Below are positions 1-12,399 of a stretch of 64,000 nucleotides of DNA, in pieces; the first letter of the stretch is position 1, and each line of letters starts with the position of its first letter. The notes beneath the pieces are model-generated. The model saw only the letters and a list, made by a program, of their open reading frames with translations. It was not told the origin of the DNA and did not search any database. This DNA comes from Mobula hypostoma (taxonomy: Eukaryota): positions 172,920,001 to 172,984,000 of the forward strand of contig NC_086097.1 of NCBI RefSeq assembly GCF_963921235.1, given 5' to 3'. The position numbers were made by a program, and so were the translations under genes.

Positions 1-59
1 TGGGGAACAAGTAACAGAACTACTCAGTTACCAACATCACATTTGTGGTTTGAAGAGGT

Positions 60-370
60 TTGTGTGGTCCTACTGTGCAAGACATTGGTGAGGCCACACA
101 TGGAGTACAGCATTGTTGCCCGATTATATTAAAGACTATTAAACTGGTTAGAGTGCAGAGAAGATAAAGATAAAGATACTGCCAGGACTCAAGGGTTTGA
201 TTTATAGAGAGAGGTTGGGTGAGCTAGGACGTTATTCCTCGGGATGTTGGAGACTGAGATGTGATCTTACAGAGGTGTATAATAAAATCATTAGGAAAAT
301 GGATAGGGTGAACATATACACAGTCTTTTTCCCAGAGAAGGGGAACTAAAAACTACAGGGCATAACATTT
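60..370 (+). mobile_element. Degraded CR1 LINE 3' ORF2 fragment
   Basis: Similar to the LVRPHLEY...RRLRGDLIEVYKI region of the intact CR1 copies at 19085-20386. Confidence 0.75.
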
Positions 371-779
371 ATCATGAACACATTGACCTAGGCAAGGTGA
401 AAGTGTTCTATTGCATTGTAGAGCAGATCAGCTTTTGGAGCATCTGGAGGTGAGTCACTCACCTCGCCTCTGACCTATTCTTACGGCTGTAGCATGTTTA
501 TGGCTGCTCTTGAACACCAAATCACTCAATGGTCTCAATTCTCAATTCCTCATGAACATCTTTCTCCAAATAGTGGTAAAAATGTGAAATACTTTGCTCC
601 ATGGGAAACCTCAGGCAAACAGCACAGCATAAGGAGCAGTTATCAAAGGACATGAGAGAAAAATGGAAAAAAAGGTCATGGCTGAGGACTGGGGAAACTT
701 GTGTGAAGCATGAATCTTAAAATAGTCCAGTCAAGATGAAAAATCTATGTGTACTGCAGACTCAACATGTCATCAGATA

Positions 780-1475
780 AACTGGAACCCAGTCACGTGA
801 GATATTGCAAGGAATGCTGAGTAATATTATGGCCAAGAAAGCTCACCATGCCTCTATTTCCTTGGGAGGTTAAAGAAGTTCAGCACAATCCTGTCGACTT
901 TTACCAGTAGTTATTGATGCACCATAGAAAACATTTGATGTGAATGCATAAAGGCCTCAGGAAATGCAAATGACCTCAAGAAACTGCAGAGAGCTGTGGA
1001 CACAGCTCAGCATATCACAGGAACTAGACTTCCCTCAACTGACTATCCATATTTCTCACTGCCTCAGTAAAGCAACCAGCATAATCAAAGACCCCACCCA
1101 CCCCAGACATCTTTTCTTCTCACTTCTCCCATGAGGCAGAAAATACAAAAGCTTGAAAGTACATACCATCAGACGCTTGGACAGCTTCTGTCCCACTGCT
1201 ATCAGACTCCTGACAGACCACTTGTACAATAAGATGGACTCTAGACCTCACAATCTAACATGTTATGATCTTGCAGAGTATCGCTATGATCTTCCACACT
1301 TGCACTGCACTCTTTTGATAGCTCTTACACATTATTCTGCATTGCTAATGTTTACCTTATTCTTGCTCAAGGTACTGTGTAATGATTTGATGTGTATAAA
1401 CAGAATGCAAGACAAGCTTTTCACTGTATCTTGATACATGACAATAACAATAATTATTGCCAATGCCAATAACAA
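780..1475 (+). mobile_element. Degraded Rex1/Babar LINE 3' fragment
   Basis: Similar to the post-RT region of the Rex1 copies (KKLQRVVDTAQHIT...IIKDPTHP...SFYP), followed by a 3' UTR ending caataacaat. Confidence 0.7.
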
Positions 1476-1569
1476 TAAGTAGATTCCTGATGAAAACACA
1501 TAGTGTGGGCTCCATAGCCCAGCAAATAAAAACTCAAATGAACATATATCACTGAGAAAATATTCTCAC

Positions 1570-1769
1570 TTGAGTCCCAGGACTGTTCAGGTCAATGATG
1601 TCACTCCATTCCTCTGGGAGATCTGACGACGACGTCATGCTGAGATGGACTCCAGGAAGGCTGTCTTCAGTTTTGCAGTCAGGAAAATTCCATACATGAT
1701 GGTAAAGTTCATGGTGAATTGAAGATTCACTGGGGATTTTCCGACAGTAAACTGTGCACTTTGGGACAT
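1570..1769 (-). CDS. VPS13B: VPS13B internal coding exon (200 nt; 11th of 11 in window)
   Basis: tattttag|AT...ACTCAA|gtgaga. Encodes (D)VPKCTVYCRKIPSESSIHHELYHHVWNFPDCKTEDSLPGVHLSMTSSSDLPEEWSDIIDLNSPGTQ, matching recalled human DIPKFEVYCKKIPSECSIHHELYHQ...EWSDAIDINSQGTQ. The phase-1 start fits the previous exon. Absent from the ORF track. Confidence 0.96.
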
Positions 1770-3462
1770 CTAAAATAGGGCATAATTAACCCAGATTAAG
1801 CAAAAGAAAAACATGATATTCTAGGCAAGTACACAGGGAAGAAAGAAACTGTGATCACAGAAAGGAGGCTTGTATAGAACATTGACTCCAAAGATCAGAT
1901 AGGCCAAATTAATTTGAAAAAGTTGCAGAAAATTCTATAGTCTTTACAAATCAAAGTATAACAAAAAGTAAAATGCCTTAAAATTTAAACATTTAAAACA
2001 TGGAAAAATTAAAGTAAACTCAATTCATTCAAAACCACATAGCTAATTCTTTCCCATGTCCTTCATACTGTTCCTTTTCATTAAACAGAAAGGATTTTAT
2101 GTTCTGGCACAGGACCAACAAGATGCTAATAACAAGATCCCATTGAGTTTGGTTGAGACATAAATCCAAATAGGGTAGCCCTGAGGTAGGGTTGGTTGGC
2201 ATTTCCTACTAAGTTCTGTGCCGCATTCCAAATATTACAAAATTGAGAACAGTCAGAGATTATGGTGAAAATATACATCTCAGTTCCCTCTGTTCATAAT
2301 TCAATAACATTCCTTGAACACCAAGCAGATTCTACTAATACTGGAAAATTAAATTTCTGTGCTGTCCTTTTTATACTCATTAAAAATAATGAAAGATACT
2401 TTTTAGATCAATGGAAGTCAAGAGTTCAGATGTGGTTGAAAATCAACTCACACGTCAACTGATTTACTTTCATTTGTATACTTCCATCAGTTGGTTCTGA
2501 AGCATAGCAGAGGAGGGAAATGTCTCGGCGTGCATTTGTGGTGGAGGTGTCCTCTTATTCTGAGGCTGAGCCTCTTGGTCTTAGATTCTTCCACTACTGG
2601 AAACATTACCCATTTTATCCAAGCCATCAGGGAAGGACAGCTTAATGTTCCAAGGAGAGAAGTTTCAAATATGACTAAAGGTGAATACTAAAGACAATGA
2701 GTGGTCATATTGGGAGAAAGTAACATAAGTACTTAAGGAGAGGATATCATGAAGGGACCGTGTAATGAGGCAGAATACTTTGGTGACAAGTGGCAGAGGG
2801 TGGTGGGGAAAGGATTTTACACAGTGTGTGGTTTATACATAGAACTCACTGTGAGAGGAAGCGATGGAATCAGATACAATCTTACATTTAAGAAACATGT
2901 AGACAGACACTTAAGTGGGCAAGACAGAGAGTGATACAAACCAATATGGGAAAACGGAATTAATGCGGATAGGCAGGGAGGTCAGCATGAACACGGCAAG
3001 CTGAAAGACTTGCTTCTGTACTGTACAACTCTAGGGACTATATTAAAATACATTTACTATTTTATTAGCAGATTATTACACAGAGTTTTACAGCACACAG
3101 AAACTTTTCTAGGTCTCAGCAATGTTGGTACACGTGGTCCGTTTAAGCTTCGGTCAACTTATTCTTCAGATCCTTCCTACTTATCCTTATTTTGCTTAAC
3201 CTTGTCGGCACCACTTACTTCAACCTTTCCACTTGATAATAGGATGCATGGATTCCCCATTCTCTGAGTAAAGACATTTCTCCTGAATTCCTTACTGGAT
3301 TTATTACTAACTATCTGATATTTATGGCCTCCGGTTCTCGACGCCCCCACAAGCTCTATCTTTTTTCTTTTATTGAAGTTGAACTGATTATCTCCGAGAA
3401 TCAAAGCAAAATGCTTAAACAAACAGTTACCACAGTTCAGCGATATTAAATCAGATTTCTAC

Positions 3463-3590
3463 CTTTGATATTTTCTTTCATCATGATTGCCACAGGACAT
3501 CTGTTGTGAATGACCATGTGAGGGCTGGGATCCTCACTAATAGTTACATAGTTGACACCGAGGTACTCCTGATAAGTCATCACTACAGCT
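3463..3590 (-). CDS. VPS13B: VPS13B internal coding exon (128 nt)
   Basis: tttgtttcag|A GCT...AAA G|gtagaa. Encodes (R)AVVMTYQEYLGVNYVTISEDPSPHMVIHNRCPVAIMMKENIK, similar to human RAIVLTYQEHLGVTYLTLSEDPSPRVIIHNRCPVKMLIKENIK. Confidence 0.96.
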
Positions 3591-3802
3591 CTGAAACAAA
3601 GTAAAATGGAACAGGACTTGTAGTTAGCAAGCAGCCTTTACAAGGTGCACAACAAAATAATTCAAATAGTTTAAAACAACAGTTAAAGAGTAAAGTGCAA
3701 GAACTATCTAGTGGAGAGAAAGAGGTGGATTACGTGGGGGCAGCATCAAGGAGAGGATGACCAAGCTGAAAATAAACTGCAGGAACCCAGCAGTCAAAGA
3801 AT

Positions 3803-3872
3803 GTGAGTGTGTGACTGTGTGTGTGAGTGTCTGAGTGTGTGAGTGAGAGTGAGAGTGAGTGTGTGAGTGAGA

Positions 3873-3904
<32 letters not shown>

Positions 3905-3910
3905 CAGACA
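3803..3910. repeat. Compound (TG)n/(GAGT)n/(GA)n microsatellite
   Basis: Directly visible; it produces the His/Ser/Thr-rich spurious ORFs. Confidence 0.95.
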
Positions 3911-4154
3911 GACATTCATTCATTCCGGGTTGAGACCCAGTATCAGAACCCACTCAAGTTTTACTATCAGGCTAGTTTATTTAAATACATTTTATTTGTC
4001 TACCTGCACTTTCTCTGTAACTGCAACAATATTATGCATTCTATTTTCTTGTTACTGACATGTTGTAGTTATGGATGGCACTATCTGTCTGGCTGGACAC
4101 AATTTATAGCTTTTCATTGTATCTCAGTACGTGTGACCACAATAAACTAATTCA

Positions 4155-4640
4155 TGAAGAGGGACGTCCTTTTAGAACAGTATAAGGAGGAATTTCTTGA
4201 GCCAAAGAGCGGTGTATCTGTGGAATTCATTGCCACTGGCAGCTGTGGAGGCCAGGTCATTGCGTGTATTTAAGGTGGCGGTTGATAGATTCTTGATAAG
4301 TCAGATCATGAAAGGTTACAGATAGAAGGCAACAGAATGAGAGGGAAATGGATCAGCCATGATCAAATGGTGGAGCAGATCTGATGGGCTGAATGGCCTA
4401 ATTCGACTCCTATGTCTTTTGATCTTATATTGTAGCTTTATAAAACTCTAGCTAGACTGCATCTGATTATTGCATTCAGTTCTGGTCGCCCCTTTATAGA
4501 AAGGATGTGGAGGCTTTGGAGAGGGTGCAGAGAAGTTTACCGGGTTGCTGGCCGGATTAGAGAGCAGGTGCCACAAAGGAAGGTTGGGCATTTGGGTTGT
4601 TTTGTCTGGAGCAGCAGAAGTCGAGGATATGCCTCTGAAA
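4155..4640 (+). mobile_element. Two CR1 fragments (3' end with tail, then an older ORF2 piece)
   Basis: ...tggaattcattgcc...aatggcctaattcgactcctatgtc matches the CR1 3' UTR seen at 24780-25005. Confidence 0.75.
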
Positions 4641-5641
4641 ACTGGCAGAGGACAATAAATCTTAATTTTTTGAGAAAAGAACATCTGTTCTCTGTGTTTT
4701 ATCAGCTCAATATGCTGTCTAAAAAGTAAAATGGTTTATTCTGAGCTTTCTCTGGTTGTGCAGGTCGATGGTGTGCACCAAGACTCACTAGATGCAAAAC
4801 CCCAACTCAAACATTCCCCTTTCCCCTCTTTGCTGCTCCTCAGCAATATTGCCAATGGACAGCATGAAATCAGTAACTAGCTGTCAGAGGAGTTTGGGAT
4901 TCACAGCCAGGTTTTTCAAGTCAGTGGAACAGCACCAACAAACTCAGTCACCTCCCATTCTTATGCAGGATTTATGTGTTTCATGATTAAAAAAAAGTAT
5001 TAAAAATCTTAGCTGCTTCACTCTCCCTAAAAGATCTGAAGGCTTCATTAAAAACAGATGTAAGATAAGAAAATGGATAAATGTGGCATTTGTCTCAATG
5101 CCAAATGTGTGATCCAATCTGAAAGAGTTAGTCTGAGCAATACCTGATATTATTACAAAATACTACACTTGGGTAAAACAGTTTCTGGGGATCTACTTGA
5201 CCTGCAGGTATCCTTGTAACATTCAATGTAGAAGATGTAGTGGTGGGATAGTAACCTGTCCGGTAAAATGGCCTCCATTATTTCCATGACCAGCTTTAAT
5301 TGGGAACAGTCCAATTTCAATCTATCTATCCTTAAGCATTATATAATCTACTGGAGGAACTTAGTAGGTCAAGCAGCATGAATATCGGGGAAATGAATTG
5401 TCAGCATTTCAGGTCAAACCCTGCATCAGTTCCATTTGCACAGCAGCTGCAGTCTCTTGTGTTTATTTTTCTTTTATCTTCATTGTACATTATACAACAT
5501 GAAGGAAGCCATTCATCCCATCATGCCCATGCCACCTCCTCAGAAGAGCTAAATGGTTAATCGACACATCTGCACCAAGTAATTTACATCAAAGTTGCTG
5601 GTGAACACAGCAGGCCAGGCAGCATCTCTAGGAAGAGGTAC

Positions 5642-5677
5642 AGTCGACGTTTCAGGCCGAGACCTTTCGTCAGGACT
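5642..5677 (-). ncRNA. Minimal type I hammerhead ribozyme motif (Penelope pLTR), with a stem II mismatch
   Basis: Minus strand: agtc CTGACGA aag gtctcgg cct GAAA C GTC gact. Confidence 0.7.
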
Positions 5678-5973
5678 AACTGAAGGAAGAGTGAGTAAGG
5701 GATTTGAAAGCTGGAGGGGGAGGGGGAGATGCAAAATGATAGGAGAAGACAGGAGGGGGAGGGATAGAGCCGAGAGCTGGACAGGTGATAGGCAAAAGGG
5801 GATACGAGAGGATCATGGGACAGGAGGTCCGGGAAGAAAGACAAGGGGGGTGGGTTGACCCAGAGGATGGGCAAGAGGTATATTAGGAGGGACAGAGTGA
5901 GAAAAAGGAGAGTGAGAGAAAGAATGTGTGCATAAAAATGAGTAACAGATGGGGTACGAGGGGGAGGTGGGGC

Positions 5974-6660
5974 CTAGCGGAAGTTAGAGAAGTCAATGTT
6001 CATGCCATCAGGTTGGAGGCTACCCATACGGAATATAAGGTGTTGTTCCTCCAACCTGAGTGTGGCTTCATCTTTACAGTAGAGGAGGCCGTGGATAGAC
6101 ATGTCAGAATGGGAATGGGATGTGGAATTAAAATGTGTGGCCACTGGGAGATCCTGCTTTCTCTGGCGGAAAGAGCGTAGATGTTCAGCAAAGCGGTCTC
6201 CCAGTCTGCGTCGGGTCTCACCAATATATAATAGGCCACATCGGGAGCACCGAACGCAGTATATCACCCCAGTCGACTCACAGGTGAAGTGATGCCTCAC
6301 CTGGAAGGACTGTTTGGGGCCCTGAATGGTGGTAAGGGAGGAAGTGTAAGGGCATGTGTAGCACTTGTTCCGCTTACATGGATAAGTGCCAGGAGGGAGA
6401 TCAGTGGGGAGGGATGGGGGGGACGAATGGACAAGGGAGTTGTGTAGGGAGCGATCCCTGCGGAATGCAGAGAGAGGGGGGGAGGGAAAGATGTGCTTAG
6501 TGGTGGGATCCCGTTGGAGGTGGCGGAAGTTACGGAGAATAATATGTTGGACCCGGAGGCTGGTGGGGTGGTAGGTGAGGACCAGGGGAACCCTATTCCT
6601 AGTGGGGTGGTGGGAGGATGGAGTGAGAGCAGATGTACGTGAAATGGAGGAGATGCGTTT
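5974..6660 (-). pseudogene. Penelope ORF C-terminus: linker, Cys motif and GIY-YIG endonuclease (open for about 229 codons; no RT, no start)
   Basis: Manual translation: ...RVPLVLTYHP...AFRRDRSL...GTYPCKRNKCYTC...FTCESTGVIYCVRCSRCGLLYIGETRRRLGDRFAEHL...VATHFNSTSH...LQPDGMN. The CxxxxCxxC motif before GIY-YIG is typical of Neptune-type PLEs. Confidence 0.9.
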
Positions 6661-7044
6661 AAACTGATGGCATGAACATCCAACACCTTATATTCCGTCT
6701 GGGTAGCCTCCAACCTGATGGCATGAACATTGACTTCTCTAACTTCCGCTAGGCCCCACCTCCCCCTCGTACCCCAGCTGTTACTCATTTTTATGCACAC
6801 ATTCTTTCTCTCACTCTCCTTTTTCTCCCTCTGTCCCTCTGAATATACCCCTTGCCCATCCTCTGGGTCACCCCCCCCCGTCTTTCTCCCTAGGCCTCCT
6901 GTCCCATGATCCTCTCGTATCCCCTTTTGCCTATCACCTGTCCAGCTCTCGGCTCTATCCCTTCCCCTCCTGTCTTCTCCTATCATTTTGCATCTCCCCC
7001 TCCCCCTCCAGCTTTCAAATCCCTTACTCACTCTTCCTTCAGTT

Positions 7045-7080
7045 AGTCCTGACGAAGGGTCTCGGCCTGAAACGTCGACT
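7045..7080 (+). ncRNA. Minimal type I hammerhead ribozyme motif (Penelope pLTR), intact core
   Basis: agtc CTGACGA agg gtctcgg cct GAAA C GTC gact: stem I agtc/gact, stem II agg/cct, palindromic ACGT in place of stem III, GUC cleavage triplet at 7074-7076. Confidence 0.8.
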
Positions 7081-7304
7081 GTACCTCTTCCTAGAGATGC
7101 TGCCTGGCCTGCTGTGTTCACCAGCAACTTTGATGTATGTTGCTTGAATTTCCAGCATCTGCAGAATTCCTGTTGTTTGCACCAAGTAATTCATTCTTTC
7201 GCAACTATTTACCCCATATTTTTACTGAATGTACTTCCATTACCCTTTCTGGTGAGCAGCATTGTTGCTGCATCAATAAACTTCACACCACTCCTCCCAC
7301 TAGC

Positions 7305-7499
7305 TTCAAAGTTCGAATGTTCAAAGTAAATTTATTATCAAAGTACATATATATCACCATACATAACCCGAGATTAATTTCTTTGCAGGATCCAAGTAAG
7401 TCCAAGAATCATAACAGAATCAATGAAAGACCATATCCAACAGGACAGATAAGCAACCAATATTCAAAAGACAACAAAAGCATGCAAATACAAAGAAGA

Positions 7500-7531
<32 letters not shown>

Positions 7532-10009
7532 ATAATGTGAACATGAGATGAAGAGTCCTTGAAATTGAGTCCATAGGTTGTTGGAACATTTCAGTGATGC
7601 GGCAAGTGACGTTTTCCCACTGGTTCAAGAGCCTGATGGTCAAGGGGTAATAACTGTTCCTAAACCGGGTGGTGCGAGTCCTAAGCCCTTTGTACTTTCA
7701 TCCTGATGGCAGCAGTAAAAAGAGTGCATGATCCAGACCCTAATGATGGATGTTGCTTTCCTGCAACAGAGCTCCATGTTGAGCTCAATGGTGGGGAGGG
7801 CTTTACCCATGATGGACTGACTGGCTGTATTCACCACCTTTTGTAGGATTTTCCATTCAAGGGCATTGGTGTTTTCGTACCAGGCCGTGCGGCAATCAGT
7901 CGATATACACTCCACCGCACATCATCAACAAGCTTCAAAGTTTTAGATTCATGCCGAATCTTCACAAACTTCTAATAAAGTAGCAGCACTGCTGTGCTTT
8001 CTTTGTAATTGAATAAATTGAGGTTCCAATTGCTTAATGAGGCATTGAGACCAAGGACTTAAAGCTTGTTGATTAGTTTTCAGGGGATGATAGTATTGAA
8101 TGCTGAGCTATAGTTGATAAACAGCATCCTTTTTTATGCACCTCTGCTGCCCAGATGTTCCAAGGTTGAGTGAAGAGCTAATGAAATGGCATCTGCTGTG
8201 GACCTGTTGTCGGTGGGCAAATTCGAGCAGATCCAAGCCACTTCTCAGGCGGGAGTTGATATATTTCAATGCCAACTCTCAAAACACTTTGTCACTGTGC
8301 ATGTAGGAGCCATTGGCCTTGAGGCAGATTACCACGTTCCTCTTATACACAGGAATAATTGAAGCTTGCTTGAAGCAGGTGTGTACCTCAGACTGTTGAA
8401 GATGTTGCTGAACACTCCAGCCAATTGATCAGCACAGGTCTTTAATACTCAACCAGGTACCCCATCTGGGCCGGATACTTTCCGTAGATTTAGCCTCCTG
8501 AAGGATGCTCTCACATCGACTTCAGAGACTGAAATCACAGGATCATCCTGGGCTGTGGGAGTGCATGAAGGATCTTCCACATTTTGTCGGTCAAAGCGAG
8601 CCTAAAAGGCATTGAGCTCATCTGGAAGCGAATCCTTGTTGTCACCTATGTCGTTTGATTTCATTTTGTAAGAGGTGATAGAATTCAAGCCCTGGCACAG
8701 CAGTTGAGCATCCTTCAGTGATTCCAGTTCAGTCTGGAATCATCACTTCACCTGTGAGATGGCTTTCTCAAGAACGTACCTGGATCTCTTATATCTTACG
8801 TGGTCACCAGAACTGAATGCCTCTGATCTGGTCCTCAACAGAATGTGGATCTCATGGTTCATCCAGGGCTTCTGGTTGTAAAAGACTCTAAATGATAATG
8901 TGGGGACTATGACTCATCTATGACTATTTTTATAAAATCCATTACAACCGTGGTGTCGTCATTCAGATCTTCTAATGAGTCCTTGAAGATGGCCCAGTCC
9001 TTCGACTCAAAGCAATCCTGTAGTCACTCCTCTGTCTCCTGTGACTACCTCTTTGGTGTGCTTATCTCTGGAACCTTGCTCTTTAGACTCTGCCTGTATG
9101 CAGGTAGGAGAAGGACAGCCAGGTGATCAGATTTCCCGAAATGTGGTCTGGGCATGGAATGGTAGGCATTCCCTTTCGTGGTATAGCAGTAGTATAGTGT
9201 GTTGGGACCTCTGATGCTACAGATTATATGCTGATGGTATTTGGGCAGAGATTTCTTCAAACAGGCTCCAACAATGATTTGAAATGAGTTGGGTGGACTG
9301 TTTCTTGTTTGGTGATAGTGTCTGATTGCAGTTGGCCAATGGTGTATGTAAACTGCAGTCAGGATCACGGAAATAGAATGGTAAATCTTGGTAAATATAA
9401 TGTTTGGCACTTAATTGTTAGATGTTCCAGGTCGGGAGAACATGAGTACAACAAAATGGCCACATTGGAGCACCACAGATAGTTTATCTTGGAACAACAC
9501 GCCCTCCTGTTGCTTTTTCCAATCAGTAGTTCAGTTCATCCTGTGTATCAAGAAACCTTTGGAACTGATCTCCGAATCTGGCATGTGTAGAGTAAGCCAT
9601 ATCTTGATAAAACATGGAACACTACAAATCCTCATTTCCCTTTTATACAGCAATCTTCCCATAGGTCCTCAATCTTGTTCTCCAGTGACTACACAATGCA
9701 AACAAGACGATGGGCAGAGGGGGTCTCATTCCTGGCTTGGAGTACCCCCGCCCACTCACCTCGCTTCCAGCCATGGCAATGAACCTTCGTCTGCTTAAAG
9801 ATGCCGTACCTGCTTGCTTGAGAGAAGTCCGCTGAATCCCTCAGAAAATTGTGAAATCTATCATTCATTAAGACAGTTCAAAATTACACTGCTTGAAGGG
9901 AAATCAGATGCTGCAGATTGCAGTGAAAGTAATTCAAAAGAGGTATATTTATAAGTTTTGTAAGCAGCCCAGAGAACATCGCCGTGGTTCGCCAACGCCA
10001 TCTTGGATC
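7305..10009 (-). mobile_element. Rex1/Babar LINE, near full span, internally deleted and degraded
   Basis: 5' end reads CAAGATGGCG (10005-9996). APE motif RGPNTL..CYTT..NAY..MPRPHFGKSDHLAVLLLPAYRQ in ORF 9045-9410. Post-RT remnant in ORF 7640-7915. 3' tail aataaatttactttgaac...ttgaa. Confidence 0.85.
7499..7531. repeat. (AAT)n microsatellite in the Rex1 3' UTR
   Basis: About 10 perfect AAT units. Confidence 0.95.
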
Positions 10010-10603
10010 ATAAAATTGCGTCCTCTCGTCAATGACTGCTAAGTCAGTGGAAATGATTTCTTGTCATGTACTCTTAAAGAAGCCCTCATTATTACTGTTC
10101 ATAAAAGGAGATAAACACAGAACAAATTTACTTTGGTGTCATTGATTTTGGAGTCACTTTCTGATTAAAATAAAGGGAAACAAGCCATGTGCCTGATGAA
10201 AATGATCTCCCTTCATTATGATAATTGATGAGAGGTATATCCTCACCAGTTACGTTTGAGTCAGTAGACTAAAATTTAACTGGGAAAACTGTTCTTCAGA
10301 ATATCATAGGGATAAGTTCAAAGTAAAATAAAAATATTCATACAAACCAATAAATTAATTTAAAGTATGAAATGGGATAATAATTTATAAATAAAAGTTT
10401 TAAATACAAGTTAAGTATGAAATTGAATCATTTATAAATAAAAGAATGCACATTTATATTATTACATTTTCTGATCCAAAAGACTAACAGAGACTGTGAA
10501 TCTCTTTTAGCTTGTAAATTTTTCTATTACTTTAATGGACAATAAACTATTCATTCCTCTTTTTTTTTCCTGCCCCTTACCATCTCTCTATGCTGAGTAA
10601 CTA

Positions 10604-10668
10604 AGGCAATACAGTGATACAGCTAGTAGACTTTCTGTCTCACAACTCCAGTCACCCGGGTTTGATAT
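10604..10668 (+). mobile_element. tRNA-derived SINE head fragment
   Basis: ggcaatacagtgatacagctagtaga...tcacaactccagtcacccgggtttgat has degenerate A and B boxes and resembles 54955-55030. Confidence 0.55.
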
Positions 10669-11490
10669 AAAATACAGAATACTGAACAGTGCAGCGCAGG
10701 ACTGGCCTCTCGGCCAATTAAGTTAAAATCTGCATGATCTTAACTTGTGTATCAAAATCTGCCTTAGCTTGTGTTTATCAATTTCATACCGAGAGAGATC
10801 AACAGAAAGATTTAATAGAAATCTGAGGAGACAACTTCTTTTACATGTGGAGTGAGCAGCCAGAGGAAGTGGGGATTGAGAATTTCAAAAGACAGTACTA
10901 CAGGTATATGAATTGGAAAGCTTATGGTCAAACATTGGCAAATGGGACTAGCTTTGTTGGCATGAACCAGTTCGGCCGAAGGGCCTGCGTCTATGTTATA
11001 TGACTCTATGGCTTTCATAACTCCTAATGTCGTTCAGCAAATTTAAACTACACTGCAGGTCCTAAAAGTTTGAGAATAATAAGAATTGACAATGCTTATT
11101 GCTTGAACAGAGCTTTTGAATTAAAGGCAGGAGAGGCACATACTGACATCAATAAATCTACTAAAAGTAAACATGCCATTGCTGATCACTTCTGTAAACG
11201 ATTGGGTGTTCCTGCCAGCTTTCAGTCTATCAAGTGTTAGAGGAAATTTGCTATTTGGAGAAGTAGGATCAAGAATGATTAGTCCCAAAATATATGAAGG
11301 TAACTTTGCTTCAGATAAAAGAAGGAGAGAATTAATAATTTTCCATCAGAGAAGAATGCCTTCTAAGGAGTCCCAATGGGTGGAATTAGTTAGTTTTCTT
11401 GAAATATCAACGTTGAAGTGAAATAATTTTGTAAAGCAGAGTATGTTAGAAAGATACTTTTGTTTTAAACAAACACTACTTTAACTGTAC

Positions 11491-11774
11491 CTGGAACAAA
11501 ATCCATTTTCAGTGGAATCCCCAAGAGGCACGGCTACACTTTGTCTTGGAAAATCCTGCCTAATCACAAGTGGCAGGCTCCAGTTCTGACAGCTGCCTGC
11601 CCCAACACGTGAAGAGTAACTGAGCAGAAGATGCTTCTGGGGCAATGGATCATTTAATTCTGACAAAATTCCACCAGCAACGAAGTCCCAGCAAGGAATG
11701 GAAGTGGGCACACCAGGAGATTGGGACCTTGCTGCTGGAAGGCTAAATATAGCACTCTCTGGCATGTAATCACA
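11491..11774 (-). CDS. VPS13B: VPS13B internal coding exon (284 nt)
   Basis: tttttcag|TGT...TCC AG|gtacag. Encodes CDYMPESAIFSL...SIPCWDF...WSLPLVIRQDFPRQSVAVPLGDSTENGFCS(R); human has WSLPAIVRPEFPRQSVAVPLGNFRENGFCTR. Confidence 0.96.
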
Positions 11775-12399
11775 CTGAAAAACAGAAATTATTAATTAAT
11801 TATTATTAATAATAATTGAACAACACCATAGAAGGAAGTTGTGCATTTATTTAGTGACTTTCGCCAACTTTAGCCTTTATCTGATCTCACAGATGAATAA
11901 TGAAAATCGTGTTCATTAGCACTGCAGTGAAAGAGAAGTTGGGTTATAGACTGAAAATACAGTGAACAGTAGTTTCTCTATTTGCAGTGGTTTAACATCT
12001 GCACATTGAACTTGGCTTCTGAAATTCAGTTCCACTGAGGTCAATGGAATCAAATATCATAAGTAAAGTTCAACATGCATACATAATTATATTGTATGCA
12101 TGACACATACATTTTCTATCTCCCCAAGTCTATACAATGGGACTTGAACCCCACAGAGGTGAAAGACCAGTGTGCAACAGCTGACACCTGAGATAGACTT
12201 AAGAAATTAAATTAAATTACATTTCAGTAATATGCAAGCGTAACATCTTTTCTACAGCAAAAGGTTAAAACAAAACGGCCATTTGGGAACAGCTTGGTTA
12301 AAAGACATTTTTGTTCTACTTATGTGGTGTTCATTTCCTCTTCAAGTCTTATCCAACCGAGGAAAAGGGGGACTTCAACCAATGGGTTGATGCAAATAT

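Larger units (their letters stand above)
5585..7180 (-). mobile_element. Young Penelope-like element (Neptune type), 5'-truncated, with an inverted pseudo-LTR and a 14-bp TSD
   Basis: The minus-strand body (5585-6660) carries a GIY-YIG frame; 6681-7180 is a plus-strand copy of the 3' end. TGCACCAAGTAATT occurs at 5571-5584 and 7178-7191. Confidence 0.93.

Noticed and set aside
3708..4150. His/Ser/Thr- and Cys/Val/Glu-rich ORFs
   Set aside because: They are translations of the compound microsatellite.
5974..6300. GIY-YIG protein as a homing endonuclease, defence nuclease or domesticated gene
   Set aside because: Its context (pLTR, hammerhead, TSD, near-identical second copy, no start codon or promoter) identifies it as a truncated Penelope ORF.
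6297..7127. 276-aa minus-strand ORF
   Set aside because: It is a chimeric read across the Penelope inversion junction (antisense pLTR plus an off-frame body) in low-complexity G/A-rich sequence, not a gene.
10604..10668. tRNA-like sequences (also about 45750, 54955 and 62400) as tRNA genes
   Set aside because: Degenerate A/B boxes, no complete cloverleaf, and attached to SINE bodies.
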